DNA from: Blastocatellia bacterium
Lineage (GTDB): Bacteria; Acidobacteriota; Blastocatellia; UBA7656
Length of the DNA stretch: 64,000 nucleotides
NCBI GenBank assembly: GCA_963765495.1
Contig: CAVXWP010000007.1
Coordinates: 224,001 to 288,000 of the forward strand
Reading direction: 5' to 3'
Positions 50,870-61,300 of this stretch are shown here, in pieces. The first letter of the stretch is position 1; every line of letters begins with the position of its first letter. The notes beneath the pieces were generated by a model, which had not been told where the DNA came from, did not search any database, and saw nothing but the letters and a program-made list of their open reading frames with translations. The position numbers and the translations under genes were made by a program.

Positions 50870-51562
50870 TTATTCGAAAATATTCAGCAACTCGGTAATT
50901 GATTCGGCCAGATAATCCGGGCGCTCGCCTTCGAGTCCGGCGCGTGGGAACGGCCCCCACAGCGCGGCTACAGTTCGCACGCCCGCCCTGCGCCCGGCGA
51001 TGATGTCGTGACGGCTGTCACCGACATAGACCGCGCTTTCAGCCGACAGATTCAATTTATCAAGCGCCGTAAGTATTGGCTCCGGGTCAGGTTTGTGGCG
51101 ATCAGTATCTTCGAGGAAAACAGCCGCGTCCATCATCTCATAAAGCGAGCAGAGGTTGAGACCGCGTGTGGCAAGTTCTCGTCCCTTGGATGTGACTACG
51201 GCGGTTGAATAACCTCGCGCGCGAAGCTCTGCAATTACCTGCTGAGTCTTGTCGAAAGGCCGGGCCATCGAATCGTGATTCGCCGCATTGAATTGCCGGT
51301 ACTCCGAAAGCAAACGCTCTATCAAATCCGAACCCTCTTCTCGTTCGCTCAAAATTTCAATGCCGCCTGACCGGGTTGCGAGAATCTTCATTGCTTCTCG
51401 CAAGGGGATGCCAAAGGTTTCAATAAGCGCCTCGCGTGAATGGCTTTGCCCGCAAACCGTCTCCCACGAATGGTCGAAACAGCGCAATATTAAGTTTGTA
51501 GTATCTATCAGCGTGCCGTCCAGATCGAACAGTATCGCTCGCGTTTCCATCATTCGATTCAC
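50870..51562 (-). CDS. HAD-superfamily hydrolase (PpaX/Gph-like)
   Basis: FDLDGTL, VTSK, KPDPEP, VGDS..D. Confidence 0.92.
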   Translation of the reverse strand: MNRMMETRAILFDLDGTLIDTTNLILRCFDHSWETVCGQSHSREALIETFGIPLREAMKILATRSGGIEILSEREEGSDLIERLLSEYRQFNAANHDSMARPFDKTQQVIAELRARGYSTAVVTSKGRELATRGLNLCSLYEMMDAAVFLEDTDRHKPDPEPILTALDKLNLSAESAVYVGDSRHDIIAGRRAGVRTVAALWGPFPRAGLEGERPDYLAESITELLNIFE

Positions 51563-51650
51563 TCATGCTCTCTACCGGCGAGGTTTCCGAGCTAACCATT
51601 ATAGTTGCCCGGGAATTGATTCGCAATCACACGACCTTAAGTGCGATTGC

Positions 51651-52421
51651 TTACATTTTTCGCCGCGCACTGCCCAGGGCGGCCAGCATGGCAAGGCTCA
51701 CGATCACGGCAACAGACCCTCGTATTGTGTATTTTACCCAGAAGAGCAAGAGGATGCTTGCGGCGAGAAACAACCTTGCTATGACAAAAGAAGGAACATA
51801 GGCGCGAGGCTTGCCTCCTATAACTCCTGCGCCGGAAGCGACCGCCGCAAGCCCTGCGATTATAAGGATTACGAGCGAAACGGTTCCGTGCGGCACTCCG
51901 AGGTAATCACGCGCCAAGGGGAGCGCGATACCTGCAAGTATTAAAAGGATTCCCGCCGCCTTCACCGTTATGCTTGCTATGTCGATGCTCTCTCTGCGAA
52001 AGGCTGCCTCGCGAGATCTGTGAATGGAAATGCCAATGTTGTCATCAATTGAGAGCGGGTCCGGGCCGAGAATGAGAAGAGCGATAGAGGTGGCAAGCAA
52101 TGTGAGAGGAAATTCGAAACCGCCGCGCTCCGTCAACCCGATGGACCAGTGGACTTGCGTGACCGCTACGATCATAACGCACAGATGACCGAGCGCGCCC
52201 AGCCGGACCAGTAAGCCTGAAAGCAATAAAAGCCCGCCGCCAAATTCAGCGACTATTACCAGATAAGATAAAAAAGAAGGGATGCCGCCAAGCGCATTTG
52301 TGGCAAACCCCTGTGGATCAATCAGTTTGGTCAATCCGTGCGCGAAAAATACAACCCCGACTATCAATTCTATAGGCAGTGCCGCCCAGGCAGGCCTTAT
52401 ACTCCCGGCTTCAAAAGACAT
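51651..52421 (-). CDS. DoxX family membrane protein with C-terminal TM extension
   Basis: VFFAHGLTK, AEFGGG, GGFEFPL, LGPDPLSID, followed by about four extra TM segments. Confidence 0.78.
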   Translation of the reverse strand: MSFEAGSIRPAWAALPIELIVGVVFFAHGLTKLIDPQGFATNALGGIPSFLSYLVIVAEFGGGLLLLSGLLVRLGALGHLCVMIVAVTQVHWSIGLTERGGFEFPLTLLATSIALLILGPDPLSIDDNIGISIHRSREAAFRRESIDIASITVKAAGILLILAGIALPLARDYLGVPHGTVSLVILIIAGLAAVASGAGVIGGKPRAYVPSFVIARLFLAASILLLFWVKYTIRGSVAVIVSLAMLAALGSARRKM

Positions 52422-53053
52422 CTATCACTAACCTCCATCATTATCTGCACCTGGTTGCATAGTCGAGAGTTTCGATAAGACCTCTCGCCGTTGCGCAACC
52501 TCAGTCTGGCGCAAGCAAAGCAAGCGGATATTCTATTATTAAGCTGCCGACGGAAACAAGCTGACTGCATGATTAATGAATTGATAACCGGAGCCATTTC
52601 ATATCTATGATCGATTATCGGGTTCTATCAATACATTTAGCTGCCACAGGCCAGAGCCAGACGAGACCTGAAAGCGTTTGATGTAATAGCCAGACAATCG
52701 AATGCCGCTGATCGCTCAGGTGACGGAGTTGAAATCCCTTGGGGCACATCTATCCTGTATCAATTTAGAAGACAGAGCTTTAATGACTTGAAGTCAATCC
52801 CTGAAAAATCAAACGATAAGCCTAACGCGAATAGGTGAGTGACAGTTAAATTCTTCACATTCAGCGCAAAAATCCATGGTAAGAGAGTACCACTGGATAC
52901 AAAGTTCCCGATCAGTTGCCTAGTTAGTATCCGCCCGGGTCGGATGTCCCTCATCATTTTTGTGGAGAAAAGAGCGGAACGGGAATTAATTCTTCTTACA
53001 AATAGGGAGTTTACAACTCCAAGCTTCGCAGTAATTTCGATGGGGCATTGTTA

Positions 53054-53069
53054 TGGCACGTCGTATGCA
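53054..53069 (+). promoter_or_regulatory. sigma54 -24/-12 promoter
   Basis: TGGCACGTCGTATGCA matches TGGCACG-N4-TTGC with exact GG-N10-GC spacing. Confidence 0.7.
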
Positions 53070-53147
53070 CTGGTCCCGGGTGGGTTGTGCCAAGTGTAGT
53101 GTATTTCTGTTTCAATAGTGATAGGGATTTAAGCTTGAAGATTTTGG

Positions 53148-53176
53148 TTGCTTTTATAGATTATTCGCTATATGAT
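53148..53176 (+). promoter_or_regulatory. Candidate sigma70 promoter
   Basis: TTGCTT-17nt-TATGAT. Confidence 0.5.
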
Positions 53177-53506
53177 ACGCATTCTTTGAAACGGCCGGGC
53201 ATTAATCATCGCTCAGGTCTAAACCCCGTGGTTGTACGTACGGGTTGGGAACACCGATTGACCCATATAAGAAATAACACCGAATGAGATGGACTCGAAC
53301 GAAAGCTGTCCGGCAAGAGAGGCTGAACAGATGACAGCGGGAGCCTTTGTAATAAAGTCTTTCAAGCCACTTGTTGGTTGGAAAAGTCCCCGCAACCCCT
53401 ATGTCGGAAATCGCAAATCGAGATGATCTTATGTGAAATTATCCGGGAAGCGACTGGATAGGACGATTTTAGAATTCCGAAATATCATTTTGGAGAGGGA
53501 TAGAAG

Positions 53507-56500
53507 ATGAAAATAAAAAGAGCAGTGATGATGGCAGTGCTGGCAGTGGCAGTTGTCTCACTGGCTGTGCCGATCTTTGGCCTTCGCGCCTCGGCCTCCA
53601 GTGCCTCAACTCCCCCAATTGCCTCTCTTGCCTCAAGACCGGCTTCCTCCGGTCCTGTTGCTCCGGTTGTCGAGCCCACCACTACCGTGGCTCCTCAGCC
53701 TTCAAGCGACAACAATAAGATTCCTCAGGCGACCCTTGATGCACTCGGCATCAAGCGCGTTCCTAAAAACAAACTCGGGGCTATCAGGCAGCAGATCGCA
53801 GCCGGTATTGCCGGTAGATCCAATGCCTCTATCGCCAGACCTGCTGACGGCAAGATCAGCGTCACTGGCCGCCAGTCTCGCCGCTCTAGCCCGCCTCTGA
53901 TCGGCCAACCTGTCGTTTTGAATGAGAACGCCGCCTTGTCGGCTGCCGTCATCACAACGGTCGGCGGACGCGACACTCAGTTTTCTGAGGTGGCATTGGT
54001 AGCCGACTGGGACGGTCGCGAAGATTGTGCTGTTGATCGCGGCGTCAAGATTGACGATCTCTCGGAAGTTGAGCCTGATATCGATTTCGTTTTGACTCGG
54101 GCAGCAATCTCTGAGCACACACGCGGCAACGGCCATCCCTTCTTCAATATTTATTATTATGGTGATTCGGTCGGCAATCTCTATATCGGCATAGACTTTT
54201 TTGGGGATGCTCTTGTAGATACGATTCTGATCATCAACGTTCCCGAACTGGTCACAACAGGGACGACAAACGGGTTCACGCTTTTGAATCCAACTGCGGG
54301 TGATTTCACAGACGATCAGGTGACCATAACCGGTATCGCCGTTAACCCCGTAGCTGACCTCGGTGATTTTTCCGAAGGACCTGACTCTAATTTTGACCTG
54401 TGCGATACGGATGCGTTTCCTGAGGCGCGACACGGAGAGGTGATTTACTTCTCGACTCACGACACGGAAGGCGGAGCCTCGAATGCCGCCAATCAACCCA
54501 TCCGTACTCGCATTTTTGCAATAGGATTGTTTGAGAATTCGGATGCGCTTGGCGGATTCGTTCAGTTCACAAACGTCCGGCAATTGCTCCGCAGCCAGTT
54601 TTCAAACGTCGCGGGCGTGGCCGTCGATGATGACGGCAGCTTGTATTTCGAATTGGTCAACCTCGTCACTCTCAATCCGAGCACGGGGACCGGTTCGGAA
54701 GGCGCTGCCATCTTCAAGGCTACCGAACTCAAACGCACCGTTTGCGGCGACACGGGCCGCATCAACCGCGTGATCCCGTTGATACCGACCCCGTCGACAA
54801 TCACCTCGACCACGGCCCTGACCAACGGCTCGACGAGGTTGACAAACTACACCGGGGCCTCGACGAATTTCGGCAACATCGTGGCTATCACCTGCGGGCC
54901 CTGCAACGTGCTTTATGCAGCCGTCTCTGCCTCTAACACCGGGATTCAGTCCCTTGCTCAGGGCAGATTCAAGGCCACCTCAACCTTCCCAGACGGATTG
55001 CCTTCGATGGTGATCAGTTTCGCCGACTGCGGCGGGGCCTTTGACATGTGCTCAGGAGAGGCCGTGGCCTTGATTGATCCCAATGTAGGCGGCATCCTTC
55101 CAATTGCAGACGGGCGAGCAGACGGGGGAGGCGATTTTGGCAACTGGAGAGTCTTCGTCGTAGGCAACGGACCAGACCTCCCGAGCATAGGAACGAACGC
55201 GCTGGCAGGCAACATCCCCATAACCCAGCACATAGATATGCAGATAGACTTCTCCTCGCACTCTGGGATAGCAGTAAACCAGGAGTCAACCGTGTATGTG
55301 ATAAGCGGAGGAGCGCCGGCAGCCGACTCGGGAGCCTCGCCGTTTGTGACAGAAGTGTTGTGCTTCCCCGACTGGTGTCCGATGGATCGGCGAGCGGATT
55401 ATGTGGACTACCGAGGGAACTCGTTCCCGAACCCGCCAGCCAGTGGAGGGAATGTAGGAGATGGAGATTCGGATCGATTCGATCACATCTACTATCAAGC
55501 ACCGATAGACACGGTGAATCTGCTGCCGACTGGCTTGAGTGGATTGGCAGTTGGATTCCTTCGACAGACAAACCGACTTGTGGGAACAAGCCCGTTTGCG
55601 ATACCGCTAGCAGACGGGAGCCCGCTTGGTGTGACCCAGACCGTGCTTGGCGATGATGATTTCGCAGGGCCGATCATATTTGAAGATCTCGATCCGAGCC
55701 ATCAGGTAGCCGGAGGAGACGATCAGAACACGCCCTTCCGTGGCGATGACAATGACGGATCAGGCGACCCCTCCCTTGATGGGGCGCTTGAAGGCGGATT
55801 CGAGTTCTGCTTTGGTGGCGGGACGACAATCGGAGCCAACTGCGATTCAGACGGCGTCGATGTCTGGAACGCCTTCTTCTGGAACTCAAACGGCAACATC
55901 ACTTTCGGCGAGGGCGATCCTACGCCAAGCCCGAATGTGCTGATATTCAGAGCCGGTCCTCCGAGAATCGCTCCGGCCTGGGTCGACCTAAACCCCGACA
56001 CTCGTGGAGCAGACTTTGGATTGGGACCAGACTTTGGCACCTTCCCTGTGATGGCACTGGGATTTGCCAACATCAACTCGTTCAAGATTCGATGGATCAA
56101 CGTGCCAGAGTTCGGCACGATCGGAGTCGACGAAGTAAACTTCGCGCAGTGTATGTCGTCGAACACGTTCTCAGTGACGCTGTATGACGATGGAACAGGC
56201 TGCGACGAGAACGAGGCGCAGGCCTTCAATCCTGCAAACCCGATAGGCAACAACGCCGTGCCGTTCGACCGACAGGAAGGGCCGACCGACCTGCGCTACA
56301 CGGTGGAACCGGTTACAGGGACAATCGTAGGATGCCCGCCGCGCAATCCGGGAAGCGGGAACTTCTGCTTCGAGTATTGCAGGATGGACCTGCTAGGGAC
56401 GAAGGATCGCCCGGTGCTTGTGGGCTACACCATAGGGTTCCGCGATCCGTTGAACCCGCCAGGACTGTGCGCGTCAAACCTGTCGTGTCTGGCCAGAGAA

Positions 56501-57933
56501 GTCGAACAGCCCGACGGCCACTTTGGAGTGATCCCGAATTGCGATCAGGCGCAGGTGGGAGCGATCTGCCCGTGCTTGATAGGAGAAGGGACGGAGCCGG
56601 AGATCTACGAGTTGTTCAACACAGGAGTTGATGCAGTGGTGAATTCGCAGGGACAGGTGACGTTTGCCAAACCGTCATTTGACCTGAGATTCGAAGGAAA
56701 CGGAGACTGCACGCCGCTGCGTCAGGATGAGAACAATCGAGGGAAGGTGTGCTTCTACGGAGTAGGATGCGGAGAGCCGCCCAACCCGACCTGCAGGCGG
56801 TGATAGTACCGGCAGGAGCCGGGACACCGAACGCAGGAACAGACATAGTAGACCGACTCTGCGCAGTAGGAGTAGAGATAGTCGGATGTGGATTCCTGCC
56901 AAATGAAGTGACGACGATCTGCTCTGGGATCGGAACGGAGACAGGAATACCGATAGTACGACCCGGAAAGACAGTGACGACAGCGGTCGAGGCGGTATGC
57001 GAAGTCGACGTGAAGGGAGACGGGACGACGGAAGTGCCGATCGTATTGGCAAACGTGGTGCCAGTGAGCAAGAACCTGATCACGGCGAGTTTCCCGACCG
57101 TGAGTTTCGGATCAGCCGGAGCAGCAGCGACGAGCACGGCCTTCCCGCTGGGATGCTGTGGAGGAGTAGTGGAAGTAATAGTGACAACGACGTTCACGGA
57201 TGGAGACAACAATGTGTTTGGAGACTTCACGAGGACGTCGGTGTGCGCAGTGAACCTTGGCGTGAGAGCACCGGTAGTGTTGAGTGCGTCGCCGTCATCA
57301 GGGAATTGTGCGGTACCACAGGACATCCTGATAGTGGGATCGTGCTTCCTGACGCCGGGAGCAGTGACATCGGTGTTTGCAGTAGCCGAAGACGGGACAG
57401 TGGTACAGGCGACGGTATTCACGATCTTGAAGAACGACACGATAGATGCGTTATTCAACTTCGGGAGTGCTAACGCAGGGAAGGTGTTCCGAATCTTCGT
57501 AACAGGCCCAGGAGGGACGAGCAGGAACCTGTCGGCGTTGGTAGCGGGACAGACGTGCAACATACTTGGAAACGAGCAAGGGATCCAGGTGACGTTCACG
57601 TGTAATTCCGGAGGCAACCCTGGTGATAATGGAAACCCGCCAGACATCGCAAAACTGGATGAATGCCGGTTGAACCGAACATCATCAGGAGGGTTTGTGC
57701 TGACAGTGCTGGGAAGCAACATCAAGCAGGGAGCAACAGCAACAGTCGGAGGAGTGGAACCGAGGAAGATCAAGTTCAAGAGTCCGATCTCGGGGACGCA
57801 AGCCTTCGGTAAGTTGGTGTTGAAGGGACGAGTATGTCAAGGGCTGCCAGGAGCGATCATAGTGACGAATCCTGGACCGAACGGGGGACCGTCGCAGCCG
57901 TTGTCATGCGCCAAGACCTGTCCGTCGAACTAG
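53507..57933 (+). CDS. Large secreted Cys/Gly/Asp-rich surface protein, copy 1 (frameshift near 56794, probably sequencing error)
   Basis: ORFs 53507..56803 and 56749..57933 together are colinear with the intact copy 2. Signal peptide; C-terminal IPT/TIG-like segments. Confidence 0.8.
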
Positions 57934-57957
57934 TTAGACGGAAGCGATCAAGGGGAA

Positions 57958-58031
57958 AGGTGAGAGAGGAAACTCTCTCACCTGAATTTAGAAGCAAAGT
58001 TGAGGAGAATCGGTTTTTCCGGTTCTCCTCA
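57958..58031 (+). terminator. Double hairpin after copy 1
   Basis: AGGTGAGAGAG-GAAA-CTCTCTCACCT and TGAGGAGAATCGG..CCGGTTCTCCTCA. Confidence 0.7.
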
Positions 58032-58305
58032 GCAAACAGCCTCGGTTGTTTAGTTTGAATGTTCACTTTTGAAACGCTTTGTGAGTGAAAAAATTATCTT
58101 GTCGGTTTTTTATCGAAAGTGTCAGCATTATTTATTTTGATTATTTAAAGACTTGATTCTTTCAAACTTAAAGTGTATTTTTTCGGCTTGAAAAGAAGTT
58201 TTTTTCTGAAAAGGGAACACTTAAGTAGATGGTCTCAAACTACTGTCCGGCAAGAGGCCGGGCGCGCTTATTTTGGAAATACCCAATAACTTTGGAGAGG
58301 GATAG

Positions 58306-61300
58306 ATGATGAAAACAAAAAGAGCAGTGATGATGGCAGTGCTGGCAGTGGCAGTTGTCTCACTGGCTGTGCCGATTGTTGGGCTTCGCGCCTCGGCCTC
58401 CAGTGCCTCAACTTCCCCAATTGCCTCTCTTGCCTCAAGACCGGCTTCCTCCGGTCCTGTTGCTCCGGTTGTCGAGCCCACAGCGTCTGTGGCTCCTCAA
58501 CCTACAAGCGACAACAATAAGATTCCTCAGGCGACCCTTGATGCCCTCGGTGTCAAGCGGTTACCTGACGGCGTCTCTTCCAAATCTGTAGGGGAACGGT
58601 TTGCTCGCGGCTTGACCGGCGGCAAAAATAGCCCCAGACCTTCAATTCAGGGACCCGGTAACTCCGTGCCTCTGTTTGATCCTCATAACCGTCCTCACAG
58701 GCCTGCGGTTAGCGATCCTTCGATCGGTCAACCCGTCGTCCTCGACGGTACTGCCGCTTTCTCGGCTGCCGTTGCCACAAACGTCGGCGGACGCGACTCT
58801 CAGTTCTCTGAGGTTGCCTTGGTAGCCGACTGGGACGGACGCGAAGATTGTGCAGTTGACCGTGGCACCAAGATAGATGATTTCTCAGAGGTCGAACCTG
58901 AAATCGATTTCGTACTTACACGGGTTGCCATCTCTGAGCATACTATTGCCAACGGATTCCTTGATAACCAGTTTTATTATGGTGATTCGATCGGCAATTT
59001 CTATGTCAGCTTTGATCTTGATGGCGACGGGCTGGTTGATATTGTAAATGTTGTCAACATCCCTGAGCTCGTCGGCACGGGTGCCAGTGATGGTTTCGCT
59101 CTGCTCAACCCGACTGCGGGTGATTTTACTGATGATCAGGTGACCATAACCGGTATCGCCGTTAACCCCGTGGCCGACCTCGGTGATTTCGGACTGTGCG
59201 GAATAACGGGTGAAGTCACCTACGTTTCGATTCACGACACGGAAGGCGGAGCCTCGAATGCCGCCAATCAACCCATCCGCACTCGTATTTTCGCCTTTGC
59301 CACATTTGAGTTGGGCGGGGCCGTTTTTTCAGGCGGATCATTGCAGATACTCCGCAGCCAGTTCTCAAACGTAGCGGGCGTGGCCGTCGATGATGACGGC
59401 AACCTCTATTTCGAATTGGTTAACCTTGTCACTCTCAACCCGAGCACGGGGACCGGTTCGGAAGGCGCTGCCATCTTTAAGGCTACCGAACTCAAACGCA
59501 CCGTTTGCGACACAACCGGGCGCATCAACCGCGTGATCCCGTTGATACCGACCCCGTCGACAATCACCTCGACCACGGCTCTGTCCAACGGCTCGACGAG
59601 GTTGACAAACTACACCGGGGCCTCGACGAATTTCGGCAACATCGTGGCTATCACCTGCGGGCCCTGCAACGTGCTTTATGCAGCCGTCTCTGCCTCTAAC
59701 ACCGGGATTCAGTCCCTTGCTCAGGGCAGATTCAAGGCCACCTCAACCTTCCCAGACGGATTGCCTTCGATGGTGATCAGTTTCGCCGACTGCGGCGGGG
59801 CCTTTGACATGTGCTCAGGAGAGGCCGTGGCCTTGATTGATCCCAATGTAGGCGGCATCCTTCCAATTGCAGACGGGCGAGCAGACGGGGGAGGCGATTT
59901 TGGCAACTGGAGAGTCTTCGTCGTAGGCAACGGACCAGACCTCCCGAGCATAGGAACGAACGCGCTGGCAGGCAACATCCCCATAACCCAGCATATAGAT
60001 ATGCAGATAGACTTCTCCTCGCACTCTGGGATAGCAGTAAACCAGGAGTCAACCGTGTATGTGATAAGCGGAGGAGCGCCGGCAGCCGACTCGGGAGCCT
60101 CGCCGTTTGTGACAGAAGTGTTGTGCTTCCCCGACTGGTGTCCGATGGATCGGCGAGCGGATTATGTGGACTACCGAGGGAACTCGTTCCCGAACCCGCC
60201 AGCCAGTGGAGGGAATGTAGGAGATGGAGATTCGGATCGATTCGATCACATCTACTATCAAGCACCGATAGACACGGTGAATCTGCTGCCGACTGGCTTG
60301 AGTGGATTGGCAGTTGGTTTCATTCGTTACACGAATCGGCTTGCAGACAACCCGATAAGCGATGGGGTTGCCCTGGGCTTCACGCAGCCGATATTGGGAG
60401 ATGATGATTTCGCAGGGCCGATCATATTTGAAGATCTCGATCCGAGCCATCAGGCAGCCGGAGGAGACGATCAGAACACGCCCTTCCGTGGCGATGACAA
60501 TGACGGATCAGGCGACCCCTCCCTTGATGGGGCGCTTGAAGGCGGATTCGAGTTCTGCTTTGGTGGCGGGACGACAATCGGAGCCAACTGCGATTCAGAC
60601 GGCGTCGATGTCTGGAACGCCTTCTTCTGGAACTCAAACGGCAACATCACTTTCGGCGAGGGCGATCCTACGCCAAGCCCGAATGTGCTGATATTCAGAG
60701 CCGGTCCTCCGAGAATCGCTCCGGCCTGGGTCGACCTAAACCCCGACACTCGTGGGGCAGACTTTGGCCTTGGACCAGACTTTGGCACCTTCCCTGTGAT
60801 GGCACTGGGATTTGCCAACATCAACTCGTTCAAGATTCGATGGATCAACGTGCCAGAGTTCGGCACGATCGGAGTCGACGAAGTAAACTTCGCGCAGTGT
60901 ATGTCGTCGAACACGTTCTCAGTGACGCTGTATGACGATGGAACAGGCTGCGACGAGAACGAGGCGCAGGCCTTCAATCCTGCAAACCCGATAGGCAACA
61001 ACGCCGTGCCGTTCGACCGACAGGAAGGGCCGACCGACCTGCGCTACACGGTGGAACCGGTTACAGGGACAATCGTAGGATGCCCGCCGCGCAATCCGGG
61101 AAGCGGGAACTTCTGCTTCGAGTATTGCAGGATGGACCTGCTAGGGACGAAGGATCGCCCGGTGCTTGTGGGCTACACCATAGGGTTCCGCGATCCGTTG
61201 AACCCGCCAGGACTGTGCGCGTCAAACCTGTCGTGTCTGGCCAGAGAAGTCGAACAGCCCGACGGCCACTTTGGAGTGATCCCGAATTGCGATCAGGCGC

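Noticed and set aside
51651-52030. DoxX C-terminal extension as a novel fusion
   Set aside because: Only extra hydrophobic helices are visible, and nothing in the sequence supports a specific new function.
53190-53345. c-di-GMP-I riboswitch suggested by GGTCTAAACC and ATGACAGCGGG
   Set aside because: The upstream GGCAAA..GAAA..GACGCAAAGC elements are missing and the spacing is wrong; kept only as a generic structured leader.
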